The notes below the pieces were generated by a model, which was given only the letters and a program-made list of their open reading frames with translations, was not told where the DNA came from and made no database searches. From assembly GCF_964213995.1 (NCBI RefSeq), contig NC_135823.1, forward strand, positions 49,600,001 through 49,664,000: a DNA stretch of 64,000 nucleotides, written 5' to 3'. This document shows positions 1 through 12,433 of this stretch, piece after piece. A program made the position numbers and the translations under genes. The stretch's first letter is position 1, and each line of letters starts with the position of its first letter. The DNA comes from Mustelus asterias (lineage: Eukaryota).

Positions 1-892
1 TCTAAATGGACAAGCCAAGCAGTCTCACTAAGGATGGTAACAAATCAAAAGCAAAAATAGCAACTTGGATATTCCATTGTTGGAATTGTTCCATATCCCA
101 GGAGCAAGAAACTTTTGTCTGAGTTTTTGACAATTTTCTGTTGATGTTACGCAACAAAACTGTGTTTCACCCGGGAATCCAGTTATGGAATGTGATCCCA
201 AATTAATTCCATAACCTTTATCCAGAGCCCTAATCTTCCTAATTTCCACCATAACTACACCCCATCTACAGAACCTGCTCTGTGTGCTCCTCACTGCATG
301 CAACTGGAATCCCACCTCTCCAAATGCTGATAGATTGTATCATTGGACCGGCATTCAGTCTCATGCTAAGACCGTGTTAAAATAAATCTTCACTCGAGAC
401 AAGAAGGGACAGTAATGGTACAAACCAGAAAAACCTGAGGCTTTTTATTTCTACTTGGATGTAAAGTCAACTGGTAATCTCATTAATAACTTGATCTACA
501 TATATCATAAGGCTAGGGTGTCAGTTTGGCTGATTTTTGCAGCTGTCTCCTCTTTGAAATGTTTTGACACAGTGTCTGTAAGCACAATTACTAGAGATTA
601 ATTTGAAAGCAGATATTATGGGGAAGAGAAGGGGTGTGGGACTAATTGGAACAGCTCTTTCAAAGGGCTATATGATTCTAGAAGATGTTGAAATCTAAAC
701 ATGTAACAAACATTAGTAACAGTTGAGTTGCAATTCCTGTACTGTGTACAAGAGGGGTTTCTAACTTGTGAACACCCAAAGCTTTTAGCAAATGCATCAT
801 TCATTTCTTTTAGCTGTCTCATTATTCTGATTCAACCTCATCCAATTCAGCGAAACAATCTTCGGCAGAAGGGAAACTGCCGCCTTTTGATG

Positions 893-969
893 TTATGATT
901 TTTGTTTATTTTTAACTTCCCAACGATCGTAAACCAGTTTGGCAGTCACCGTATCTTCAATGGCCATTC
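893..969 (-). CDS. CRYM: CRYM-like exon 8 (stop)
   Basis: GMAIEDTVTAKLVYDRWEVKNKQKS-TAA; the eight exons sum to 948 nt = 315 aa + stop; candidate AATAAA on minus strand at 444-449. Confidence 0.93.
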
Positions 970-1554
970 CTGGAAGAAATGAAGACACAAAACAAAAAGA
1001 CTTCAGCAAAGTCGTCCACTGACTGACGAAAAGCAGCAAGGTCCTGGTTCAATTCCCACTCCCCCAGTCAGTGCTGATCCCATTGTGGCCTCAGTGCCCA
1101 TTCGGTGTAAAATCAGCCAAACGGTCACCCCAAATCGACAGCGAATCCTGCTGCAAATGCATGAGAGGCCGGATGAGGCCAGATCGGACTTGGAGTGATG
1201 CAAGTCACTGACCTGCTGACGCTCATACACACAAAAAAGATCATAAATTGGAGGGTGAATGGTGCTGTGATTTGGTAGCTCAAAAAGCAGTCAAAGTGGA
1301 AATAAAACAAGAGCTATACTGCACTCTCCAGGTCAACGTAAGACTGGAGATATGCTGCACTCTCAGTCAATGCAATGCACGAAGCAAACGTTCCAGCATA
1401 AACCGACCCATAAAACACACTGTTAAAGTGGACTCCGTACTTTTGTGATGTGACTCTGTGAATTATTTATCCTTTAATTAAACACTGCAAAAATTAAACA
1501 AAGTCTACGGCTGAATAAAATATGTCCAAAGGTTGCAATTTGTTCACCAAATTA

Positions 1555-1800
<246 letters not shown>

Positions 1801-2603
1801 TCAACAAATACTTTACAATCAGAGATTGTTTATGGTTTTAATTGAAAGAACAGTTAAAATCCAAACAAGTGGAAAATGAAGGGCAAGTCAATGCTTGTAC
1901 ACAATCAGGATTTCACTTCAGTAAGTATCGGTTTGGGATATATTACAAACTCACTCGGATTTCCCTTTTAGATCTTACTGCACTAATTTTCCTGCCCTGA
2001 CAGTTTTGCCTGCTTCTCCCCTTCTGGTTTCTTGCTCAAGTGGTCATTCTTCACCTGTGACCTCAACAATTGTGCCTATTTGACTTTGGTGTGCATCACC
2101 AGCTATTCTCACTGGCTGGCAACACACATGCACTTTCCACCAATGGGAAAAAGAGCGGAGGAGAAGGGGAGCAAGATGTCACTAGTTAGGAGTAGGAACC
2201 CTGACTGCTTTTCCCTTCTCCAATCCAGAGGCACCATTAGTGCCACCCATGAACAGGGCAAGACAACCATCTCAACCTGCGACAGCTTCCTGGTCTTTGT
2301 GATTCAGAAACTCACTGAAGCATCTGGGAGTGCCTGTAATCGTTTCTGCAGAATATGATGGGTGATTAAACTCACAGGATGTATCAGAAAGTATATTTAT
2401 CCTCGAAAATTGACTTGCATGGCAACACAGCGGAGCAGGAAAGAGGTTGGATTCTGGGTGATTTGGGCTGAAGATCCCCAGAGAGCTGGAAGGACAAGGA
2501 TGGAAAATATGGACGGTCTGTAGTTTTGTGCAACCATCAGAACAGCAAGAGGGTTAAGAATTAGTGAAGGGCTGGACAATAACATCAAACACCAATTAAA
2601 TCA

Positions 2604-2783
<180 letters not shown>

Positions 2784-2910
2784 CTAGGGAAACACTAACG
2801 CTTAACATTGTTTTAGGAGATTTACTCTTCTCCTCAAGACCATCAGAAGGATGTGATTTAAATTCCACTCCATAGACTTGGGCACATGGGTGCAACTCTC
2901 AGTGCATCGC

Positions 2911-3550
2911 TGAGGGAGTGATGGACTATTACAGTGCTGAATGACCACTGTATTGTTAGAGAGGCAGTATTGAGGGAGTGCTGCACTGTCAGAGCAGCAG
3001 GACTGAGGGAGTGATGGACTATTACAGTGCTGAATGACCACTGTATTGTTAGAGAGGCAGTATTGAGGGAGTGCTGCACTGTCAGAGCAGCAGGACTGAG
3101 GGAGTGATGGACTATTACAGTGCTGAGTGACCACTGTATTGTTAGAGAGGCAGTATTGAGGGGGTGCTGCACTGTCAGAGCTGCAGGACTGAGGGAGTGA
3201 TGGACTATTACAGTGCTGAGTGACCACTGTATTGTTAGAGAGGCAGTATTGAGGGAGTGCTGCACTGTCAGAGCAGCAGGACTAAGGGAGTGATGGACTA
3301 TTACAGTGCTGAGTGACCACTGTATTGTTAGAGAGGCAGTATTGAGGGAGTGCTGCACTGTCAGAGCAGCAGGACTGAGGGAGTGATGGACTATTACAGT
3401 GCTGAGTGACCACTGTATTGTTAGAGAGGCAGTATTGAGGGAGTGCTGCACTGTCAGAGCAGCAGGACTGAGGGAGTGATGGACTGTTGTAATACTGAGA
3501 GACCACTGTGTTGTTAGAGAGGCAGCATTGAGGGAGTGCTGCACTGTCGG
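2911..3550 (+). repeat. 93-bp minisatellite (about 7 copies) expanded inside a DeuSINE
   Basis: Unit starts at 2911, 3004 and onward; contains Deu-domain core tgagggagtgctgcactgtcagag; produces the 31-aa repeat ORFs. Confidence 0.92.
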
Positions 3551-4105
3551 AGGTGCCATTAAATGGAACCTCTAACCAGAACCCAACTCAGGAAGAGTAG
3601 CAAGTTGTCCCCAACAAACATTCCTCCTTTGGCCAGATTAATTTGCAACTCATTTCATTTACTGTTTTGTGGGATCTTGCTGTGTGTGAATTTTGCTTGT
3701 GTATTTATCAACATAATACACTTAAATACTTTACGGAGGGGCAAAGTGAGTTGGAACATCTTCAGAATATGAGGGAAGGATGTAAAAAGTGGGGAAAAAA
3801 ACAAAAATCGGCAACAGAAGGAGCTGGATACCTTGAATCCTGGGATTGAATCGAGACCACTCAGCATGAGCTGCACACTGCATATCCTGGGATTGAGCCA
3901 ATCATGCTTCCCTGATGCAGTGTCATGCTTTCGAAAGCTCAAATCCCCTTCATTTCCCAGTTAGTATAATGTTTCCTTAAGTTATGATTTTGAAAACATC
4001 TCCCAAACTTTCTGTTTAAATTCTCAACACACTGACCCCAAAAAGAAACACTAAGGTAAATATTTTCCAGCTACCCCTCGCCCCACAAGCTCAATGAGGT
4101 CGTTA

Positions 4106-4318
<213 letters not shown>

Positions 4319-4857
4319 TTAAGAACAAGGAACAGTACAGAACAGGAACAGGCCCTTCGGCCCTCCAAACCCACGCCGATCAAGTTGTCCTATCTAGACC
4401 AACGGCCTGTATCCCTCTATTCCCCATCTGTTCATGTGTCTATCCAGGTAAGTCTTAAATGTCGATAACATATTTGCCTCAACCACCTCACTTAGTTGAA
4501 AACATAGCAGATAAATAAACACTGGAAATACTTCCACCGGAGCAAAGAAACCAAGAGAAGATTTAACTGAGCTCATTAAAATTACAATGGGAAATATTAT
4601 TTCCTCTAGTGGTCCCACCAAACAGAAACATAATAATGACCAGATAAGCTGCGCTTTTGTGATGTTGATTGAGGGGTAAATATTGGTCCTGGACAGGGGG
4701 AATAATGTCCCTAATCTTCTAAATAGTTCCATTGGATCTCTGACATCCATCCAAGGATAGTCATGATGCGGAGATGCCGGCGTTGGTCTCGGGTAAACAC
4801 AGTAACAGTTTTAACAACACCAGGTTAAAGTCCAACAGGTTTATTTGGTAGCAAATA

Positions 4858-4894
4858 CCATTAGCTTTCGGAGCGCTGCTCCTTCGTCAGATGG
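4858..4894 (-). ncRNA. Minimal type I hammerhead ribozyme motif
   Basis: Minus strand ccat-CTGACGA-a-ggagc agc gctcc-GAAA-GCTA-atgg. Confidence 0.78.
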
Positions 4895-4944
4895 AGTGGA
4901 AATCTGCTACAAATCTGTGCCCTGTTTGAGAGCAGATTTCCACT

Positions 4945-4981
4945 CCATCTGACGAAGGGGCAGCGCTCCGAAAGCTAATGG
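4945..4981 (+). ncRNA. Minimal type I hammerhead ribozyme motif
   Basis: ccat-CTGACGA-a-ggggc agc gctcc-GAAA-GCTA-atgg. Confidence 0.75.
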
Positions 4982-5509
4982 TATTTGCTACCAAATAAAC
5001 CTGTTGGACTTTAACCTGGTGTTGTTAAAACTGTTACTTTATCCATCCGAGGAGCCAGATGAGGCCTCAGTTTAATGTCTTATCTATAAGTGGTGCAGCA
5101 CACTCTCAGCACTGCACTGGAGTGCCAGCGTCGATTTTTCTGCTCAGGTTTCTGGAGTTCATCTTGAACCCACGATCTGATTCAAAGGTGACAGTGCTGC
5201 CCCCTGGGTTACACAGAGGGTCACAGCTAGAGACCATGACAACTTTTAAAAGCAAATTGGATGAAAGTGTGAAGCAGAGGGAGATACAGGATTAGGAGGA
5301 AGTAGCAAAGCAGGCGGAATTAGCTCTGGATCACTTCAATAAAGAGTCAGCAGGGACACGATGGACCAAATGGCCTACATGGATCATTAGTTTATTTTTA
5401 TATTTGCTTGTGAAGCGCTGAATACCAGTACTGTGTAACTCAGAACGTTAACAAGTTCTTTAGCAAACAATTAATGCTGAAAGATACCTTCATTTAACAA
5501 CAGAACAAG

Positions 5510-5585
5510 CACACACGCACACACGGACGCACGCACACACACACACACGGACGCACACACACACACACACACGGATGCACGCACA
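5510..5585. repeat. Compound (CA)n/(CACG) microsatellite
   Basis: Directly visible. Confidence 0.9.
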
Positions 5586-5632
5586 TGTACATGAAAGATG
5601 GAGAGAAGAAAAGAGGAAATTTGTAAAAGCAC

Positions 5633-5734
5633 CTGCTTGAATGGGAACATTTGGGTGAAGATTTCATAGTGACTCACAGCCACAGGCCCGGCTCCCAAAA
5701 TACACAACACGTCCAGGTTCTTCCGCTTCAGATA
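5633..5734 (-). CDS. CRYM: CRYM-like exon 4
   Basis: YLKRKNLDVLCILGAGPVAVSHYEIFTQMFPFKQ (Rossmann GxG loop); cag/gt boundaries, 102 nt. Confidence 0.95.
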
Positions 5735-6242
5735 CTGAATCAAAATGGACAAAACTGAGATTTAGACAAGGAATCTGAATTGAACAAAACAGCACTGGGT
5801 TTCCTCTCTCTCGCTCTCTGAGAAAGCTGGGTGCATGATACGTGACAATCATTGAGAGTGGCATTAAAAACTGGGGTGATCCGTCCCCCAGGTCTGCAAT
5901 TGTTCCTACAGCTATCACTATATTAAGGAATGATTTAGTGTGTTACATGCCTGAGTCGCTCTGCAAATATGCTTTGAAGTGAAGTGACTGTTAACCAGGG
6001 AAACATGGCATGCAAGTTCACCAGGTAATAAGGAAAGCAAATGGAATGCTGGCCTTCATTTCAAAGGGAACGGCGTATAAAATGGGGAAGTCTTGCTAAA
6101 CTATATAATAAACTATACAAGGCACTGGTTAGACCACACCTGGAACACTGAACAGTTTTGGACCCCTTCTATGGAAAGATCTCCCGGCTTGGAGGCAGTC
6201 CAGAGAAGGTTCGCTAGCACCGGAAACATCTGACCTTATCTG

Positions 6243-6353
6243 TGGCTGGGATTCTCTGATCCTGATGCAATGAATGGAGTTTTGGCTGAGTGCCAAATTC
6301 TCCATTCTCGCTGGCAGCGGGGCAGGAACGTATGTGATTGGAGAATCCCACCC
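6243..6353. mobile_element. Small MITE-like element with GG(C/T)TGGGATT-type TIRs
   Basis: ggctgggattctc...gagaatcccaccc; homologous copies at about 13853-13966 and 21399-21526. Confidence 0.6.
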
Positions 6354-6496
6354 TAGGTTGTTCCCAGATATGGAGAGATTTTCTCATGAGGAGAGGCTGA
6401 GTAGGTTGGGCCTCGATTCATTGTGTTTAAAAGAATGAGGGGTGACTTATTGAGCCGTAGGATTCTCAGGGGGCTTGACAGGGCAGATGCTGAGAG

Positions 6497-6623
6497 CAAA
6501 AGAGAAAATGCTGGAAAATCTCAGCAGGTCTGGCAGCATCTGTAAGGAGAGAAGGCTGAGATTTTCCAGCATTTTCTCTTTTGGTTTCAGATTCCAGCAT
6601 TCGCAGTAATTTGCTTTTATTCT
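6497..6623. mobile_element. Family-2 fold-back element (probably Penelope-derived)
   Basis: Arms 6497-6525 and 6555-6583, one-sided tail of about 40 nt, TSD gatgctgagag at 6486-6496 and 6624-6634; inserted in a CR1 fragment. Confidence 0.7.
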
Positions 6624-7007
6624 GATGCTGAGAGGTTGTTTCCCCTTGTGGGAAAGTCAAGGACCAGAGGGCAGAATCTCAGAAGGGATTGTCCATTTAA
6701 GACAGAGATAAGGAGGAATTTCTGCTCTCAGTGGGTAGTGATTTTGTGGAATTCTTTACCACAGATGCTGCAGAGGCTGGGACGTTAAGTATGATCAAGG
6801 CTGAGACGGACAGATTTTTAATCAGTAAGAGAATCAAGGGTTATGGGGATAAGGCAGGAAAGTGGAGTTGAGGATTATCACATCAGATCAGTCATGATCT
6901 TATTGAATGGCAGAGCATACTCGATGGGCTGAATGGCCTACTTCTGCTCCCACGTCTTACGGTCTTATGGATCTCATGTTGCCCACACATTGACAATTTT
7001 TCGTTAC

Positions 7008-7070
7008 CTTAGTTGCTATGGCAGAAACTGCAGCCGTTCTCATATCGGTGATCACTGCCCCATCCATCAC
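7008..7070 (-). CDS. CRYM: CRYM-like exon 3
   Basis: VMDGAVITDMRTAAVSAIATK; aag acceptor, gtaacg donor, 63 nt. Confidence 0.95.
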
Positions 7071-7433
7071 CTTCAGGAACACAGAGAAAAATGAATCACC
7101 CTTCAACAGATAATATGTAGTCCCCCCCCCCCTCCCCCACCAACTATCGACACTCCAGTTACCAACCCAGTTTTCCCTGCTTCATATCCCATTGACCCCA
7201 AATCCCTCCTGTCTGTCACGAGTCAATCGCTGCACCCAAGGAAAATGTAGGTCCGGTTGTTTTAGATTCATCTTCATGACTGCACCAAACATGCAAAAAT
7301 TAAACATGGAGTTCTCCGCTCTCCTATTCCCGGTATTGAAGATGGATTCCTTGCCCTGGGACACAAAATGGAGGTCACAGCGTACTGCAATTTACTGTCA
7401 ATGATTGAAAGGTTTAAATTTTACATATAAACC

Positions 7434-7770
7434 AGAATCATAGAATCATAGAAATCATAGAAACCCTACAGTGCAGAAGGAGGCCATTCGGCCCATCGAG
7501 TCTGCACCGACCACAATCCCACCCAGACCCTACCCCCACATATTTACCCGCTAATCCCTCTAACCTATGCATCTCAGGGGCAATTTTAACCTGGCCAATC
7601 AACCTAACCCACACATCTTTGGACTGTGGGAGGAAACCGGAGCACCCGGAGGAAACCCACGCAAACACGAGGAGAATGTGCAAACTCCACACAGACAGTG
7701 ACCCAAGCCGGGAATCGAACCCAGGACCCTGGAGCTGTGAAGCAGCAGTGCTAACCACTGTGCTACCGTG
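7434..7770 (-). mobile_element. HE1-type tRNA-derived V-SINE
   Basis: tRNA-like head with GGTTCGATTCC B-box, V-domain tgcgtgggtttcctccgggtgctccggtttcctcccaca, CR1/HER1-like tail (attctatg)n. Confidence 0.88.
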
Positions 7771-8362
7771 TGTTGTTTCTGTATCTGCACTCACTTCCCT
7801 CAGTGTGAATTCCCAGGCTGATTAACAGTTTGACAAGCCAATGTTAACACTCTACAGTGGGAACCAGCCTTATATCAGCCAATGGGCTCGTATTTCCATA
7901 CTGTGGGCTGGACTTCCACATACCAGGACCTATTTTTGGGATGCGGGGGAAGCCCACATACACACGTTGCTATTACACATGGACTGAAGATACAGTAATG
8001 CAGTATACACAATTGTTACAACTGGAAATACAGGTTGGAGCATACACACAAAATATTTATTTCATGAGATGTGGTCATCACAGGCAAGGCCACCATTCGT
8101 TGCCCATCTCTGATTGCCCTTGAATTGAGTGCAGTTAAGAATCAACCACATTGTTATGGCTCTGGAGTCACATGCCAGCCGGACTAGGTAAAGAGCCCAG
8201 GTTTTCTCCCCTAAAGGGCATTAGTGAATCAAATGTTTTTTTAACCACTATCAATGGTAGTTTCATGGTCACCATTACTGAGACTAGTTTTACATTCCAG
8301 GTTTATTCATTTAAGTTCCACCAGCTGCCATGGTGGGATTTGAACCTGTGTCCCCCAGATCA

Positions 8363-8587
<225 letters not shown>

Positions 8588-8629
8588 TTAACCGTCAGTT
8601 CAGCAGAAAAAGTAGAAACTGTGTGACTC

Positions 8630-9278
8630 GTTACATAAACATCTCAAACAATGACGAGACGGAGTACAGGAATGAGATAGACAATCTGGTGAACTGGTGT
8701 AATAATCCCCCCCTCGATGTCAACAAAACGAAGGGGATAGTCATCGACTCCAAGAAGCATAGTGGAGAACATGCCCCCTGTCTACATCAACGGGGACGAA
8801 GTAGAAATGGTTGAGAGCTTCAAGTTTTTAAAATTACAGCTTGGCATGGCTCCTGCTCTGCCCAAGACTGCAAGAAACTACAAAGGGTCATGAATGAAGC
8901 CCAGTCCATCACACAAACCATGGGACTCTGTCTACACTTCCCACTGCCTTGGAAAAGCAGCCAGCAAAATTAAGGACCCCACGCACCCCAGACATGCTCT
9001 CTTCCGCCTTCTTCCGTCGGGAAAAAGATACAAAAGTCTGAGGTCATGCACCAACCGACTCAAGAACAGCTTCTTGCCTGCTGCCATCAAACTTTTAAAT
9101 GGACCTACCTCGCATTAAGTTGATCTTTCTCCACACCCTAGCTTTGACTGTAACATTACATTCCACACTCTCTCCTTTCCTTCTCTATGTACGGTATGCT
9201 TTGTATAGTGCACAAGAAGCAACACTTTTCACGGTATATTAACACATGTGACAATAATAAATGAAATCAAAATAAATC
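8630..9278 (+). mobile_element. Rex1/Babar-like LINE 3' end
   Basis: ISNNDETEYRNEIDNLVNWC..LDVNKTK; HALFRLLPSGKRYKSLRSCTNRLKNSFLPAAIKLLN; (aaatc)n tail; related ends at about 22410-23340, 31620-31886, 54340-54970 and 57570-57800. Confidence 0.75.
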
Positions 9279-9567
9279 AGGAAAGATTGAACACGTTTCC
9301 CTCATTACAAAAAGCGAACTGACGCAAATATTGTGTGTTAAACATCTCTCCATTTGCAGAATGATCAAAGTAAGACCAAGGAATTTCCCAACAGTCTGAG
9401 GTGAGGAGGGGGAGGGGAGGAAAAAATTGGGGTAAAAGGAGGGCCACTTTCACTTATTCCTGTATATGTAGAATGACGTGGAGATGCCGGCGTTGGACTG
9501 GGGTAAGCACAGTAAGAAGTCTCACAACACCAAATTAAAGTCCAACAGGTTTATTTGGTAGCAAATA

Positions 9568-9604
9568 CCATAAACTTTCGGAGCACAGCTCCTTCGTCAG
9601 ATGG
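9568..9604 (-). ncRNA. Minimal hammerhead motif (stem III palindrome mutated)
   Basis: Minus strand ccat-CTGACGA-a-ggagc tgt gctcc-GAAA-GTTT-atgg. Confidence 0.65.
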
Positions 9605-9880
9605 GGTGGATGTCTGTTCTCCAACAGTGCACAGAGACAGAAATCAAGTTACAGAATACTAATTAGAATGCAAATCTCTACAGCCAGCCAGGTCTTAAAG
9701 GTACAGATAATGTGGGTGGAGGGAGCATTCACCACAGGTTAAAGAGATGTGTATTGTCTCCAGACAGAACAGCTCGTGAGATTCTACAAGCCCAGGAGGC
9801 AAGCTGTGGGGGTTACTGATAATGTGACATAAATCCAACATCCCGGTTTAGCAGTTGAACCAGGAGCACTCCTCGTCACA

Positions 9881-11248
9881 ATGGATGTCTCGGCACTCTA
9901 CACCAGCATCCCCCACGATGATAGCATTGCTGCAACGGCCTCAGTACTCAATGCCGTCAACTGCCAGTTTCCAGATGCAATTTTACAACTCATCCGCTTC
10001 ATCCTGGACCACAATATCTTCACCTTCAACAACCAGTTCTTCATCCAGACACACGGAACAGCCATGGGGACAAAATTCGCACCTCAATATGCCAACATCT
10101 TCATGCACAGGTTCGAACAAGACTTCTTCACCGCACGGGACCTTCAACCGATGCTATACACTAGATACATCGATGACATTTTCTTCCTTTGGAGTCATGG
10201 TGAGCAATCACTGAAACAACTATATGATGACATCAACAAGTTCCATCCCACCATCAGACTCACCATGGACTACTCTCCGGAATCGGTTGCATTCTTGGAC
10301 ACACGCATCTCCATTAAGGACGGTCACCTCAGCACCTCACTGTACCGCAAGCCCACGGATAACCTCATGATGCTCCACTTCTCCAGCTTCCACCCTAAAC
10401 ACGTTAAAGAAGCCATCCCCTACGGACAAGCCCTCCGAATACACAGGATCTGCTCGGATGAGGAGGATCGCAACAGACACCTCCAGATGCTGAAAGATGC
10501 CCTCATAAGAACAGGATATGGCGCTCGACCCATCGATCAACAGTTCCGACGCGCCACAGCGAAAAACCGCACCGACCTCCTCAGAAGACAAACATGGGAC
10601 ACGGTGGACAGAGTACCCTTCGTCGTCCAGTACTTCCCCGGAGCGGAGAAGCTACGGCATCTCCTCCGGAGCCTTCAACATGTCATTGATGAAGACGAAC
10701 ATCTCGCCAAGGCCATCCCCACACCCCCACTTCTTGCCTTCAAACAACGACGCAACCTCAAACAGACCATTGTCCGCAGCAAACTACCCAGCCTTCAGGA
10801 GAACAGTGACCACGACACCACACAACCCTGTCACAGCAACCTCTGCAAGACGTGCCGTATCATCGACACGGATGCCATCATCTCACATGAGAACACCATC
10901 TACCAGATACACGGTACCTACTCTTGCAACTCGGCCAATGTTGTCTACCTGATACGCTGCAGGAAAGGATGTCCCGAGGCATGGTACATTGGGGAAACCA
11001 TGCAGACGCTACGACAACGGATGAATGAACACCGCTCGACAATCACCAGGCAAAACTGTTCTCTTCCTGTGGGGGAGCACTTCAGCAGTCACGGGCATTC
11101 AGCCTTGGATCTTCAGGTAAGCGTTCTCCAAGGCGGCCTTCACGACACACGACAGCGCAGAGTCGCTGAGCAGAAACTGATAGCCAAGTTCCGCATACAT
11201 GAGGACGGCCTAAACCGGGATGTTGGATTTATGTCACATTATCAGTAA
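9881..11248 (+). CDS. Penelope-like RT-GIY-YIG endonuclease ORF (C-terminal 455 aa, uninterrupted)
   Basis: MDVSALYTSIP, QTHGTAMGTKFAP, RYIDDIF (RT motifs), C..C..C linker, NVVYLIRC..C...YIGET (GIY-YIG), R.NEH, EQKLI, GLN. Confidence 0.93.
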   Translation: MDVSALYTSIPHDDSIAATASVLNAVNCQFPDAILQLIRFILDHNIFTFNNQFFIQTHGTAMGTKFAPQYANIFMHRFEQDFFTARDLQPMLYTRYIDDIFFLWSHGEQSLKQLYDDINKFHPTIRLTMDYSPESVAFLDTRISIKDGHLSTSLYRKPTDNLMMLHFSSFHPKHVKEAIPYGQALRIHRICSDEEDRNRHLQMLKDALIRTGYGARPIDQQFRRATAKNRTDLLRRQTWDTVDRVPFVVQYFPGAEKLRHLLRSLQHVIDEDEHLAKAIPTPPLLAFKQRRNLKQTIVRSKLPSLQENSDHDTTQPCHSNLCKTCRIIDTDAIISHENTIYQIHGTYSCNSANVVYLIRCRKGCPEAWYIGETMQTLRQRMNEHRSTITRQNCSLPVGEHFSSHGHSALDLQVSVLQGGLHDTRQRRVAEQKLIAKFRIHEDGLNRDVGFMSHYQ

Positions 11249-11456
11249 CCCCCACAGCTTGCCTCCTGGGCTTGTAGAATCTCACTAGCTGTTCTGTCTG
11301 GAGACAATACACATCTCTTTAACCTGTGGTGAATGCTCCCTCCACCCACATTATCTGTACCTTTAAGACCTGGCTGGCTGTAGAGATTTGCATTCTAATC
11401 AGTATTCTGTAACTTGATTTCTGTCTCTGTGCACTGTTGGAGAACAGATATCCACC

Positions 11457-11493
11457 CCATCTGACGAAGGAGCTGTGCTCCGAAAGCTTATGG
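11457..11493 (+). ncRNA. Minimal type I hammerhead ribozyme motif in Penelope 3' pLTR
   Basis: ccat-CTGACGA-a-ggagc tgt gctcc-GAAA-GCTT-atgg. Confidence 0.75.
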
Positions 11494-12050
11494 TATTTGC
11501 TACCAAATAAACCTGTTGGACTTTAACCTGGTGTTGTGAGACTTCTTACTGTATGTAGAATGACAACAAACACTGTACAACAACAGAGTATAAAATACAT
11601 TAACAAGGCATAAGTCCGGAATGTGATGGATTATTCTCCACTTGCCTGGATGAGTGCAGCTCCAATAGAAGTCAAGGAGCTCCACACCATCCAGGACAAA
11701 GCAACCCACTTGATTGACATCCCATCCACCACTTTCAACATCCATTCCCCCCACAACTGACACACACTGGCAGCAGTGTGTACCATCTACAAGCTGCACT
11801 CCCGCAACTCACCATGGCACCTTCCAAACCCACAACCTCTGCCACCTAAAAGGGCAAGGGCAGCAGATACAGGGCAACACCACCACTTGGGAAGTTCTCC
11901 TCCAAGTAGTGGTTTGTATGGTTCTGATCAGTGTGGGCCTGCTGCTGACAGAAGTTTTGTAAGGAGTTGGGAGTGTGTGAGAATGTGGCCCCCGGCTCTC
12001 CCTCTGTAAATCCACCGTCCGCAGTGCGATCCCTGGGTCAGGGTTCTCAC

Positions 12051-12217
12051 CCGCTGTGCTTGGCCACGGACACCGTGCTTCGCAGCGGCTGCTGCACTCC
12101 CCCGCCGCCTGCACTGGAGAAGTTGGCCAGAGCTCTCTCCAGCACCGGGAGCAGCTCCGAATACCGCAGGAGCTGTGCAATCTCCCCGGATCCAATGTAG
12201 ACCAGCTCCTCAGCCAT
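12051..12217 (-). CDS. CRYM: CRYM-like (mu-crystallin/ketimine reductase) exon 1
   Basis: ATG at 12217 reads MAEELVYIGSGEIAQLLRYSELLPVLERALANFSSAGGGGVQQPLRSTVSVAKHSG, resembling the CRYM N-terminus (ALANFSS..GGV.QP.R); donor GG/gtgag, phase 2; CpG-rich exon. Confidence 0.93.
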
Positions 12218-12433
12218 TCCCACAGAACTATCCTATGTGAGAGACACGGGTTTTGGGAATTCGCCAATTTACATCCGAGTCTGTTCACTAGTAACTCAGA
12301 CCTGGAGAACAGCCAAACAGAACATGCGGAAAGTCCTGATTAAATATTAACTTTGTGATTTTTGCCTCAGTAATATGCCAGCTAGCAGCCTAACTGCATT
12401 TTTCTAGAAAAAAATTAACAAATTATTAGTCAT

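Larger units (their letters stand above)
4763..5038. mobile_element. Short non-autonomous Penelope-derived fold-back element
   Basis: Arms 4801-4908 and 4931-5038 inverted, homologous to the 3' end of the 9.5-11.5 kb element; imperfect TSD atccatcc(a/g)agga; inserted into a DeuSINE. Confidence 0.88.
6030..6970 (+). mobile_element. CR1-type LINE 3' fragment with a MITE and a fold-back element nested in it
   Basis: LYKALVRPHLE-like remnant and typical CR1 3' UTR. Confidence 0.75.
9473..11550 (+). mobile_element. Penelope-like retroelement, 5'-truncated, with inverted pseudo-LTR
   Basis: RT plus GIY-YIG ORF; 9511-9851 is the reverse complement of 11210-11550; extra tail of about 38 nt on the left arm only; TSD tatgtagaatgac at 9465-9477 and 11552-11564. 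Confidence 0.93.

Noticed and set aside
28-315. 95-aa ORF at the window start
   Set aside because: No recognisable domain or supporting splice structure
507-577. Possible alternative terminal exon on the minus strand (cttacag/ACACTGTGTCAAAA...TGA)
   Set aside because: No similarity to CRYM and no matching donor identified; probably 3' UTR
2802-3559. ORFs of 233, 141 and 74 aa with 31-aa repeats
   Set aside because: Translation products of a 93-bp intronic minisatellite
7438-7825. Recurrent ORFs such as VSTAASQLQGPGFDSRLGSLSVWSLH (also near 12.5, 21.7, 53.6 and 61.2 kb)
   Set aside because: Spurious translations of HE1 SINE copies
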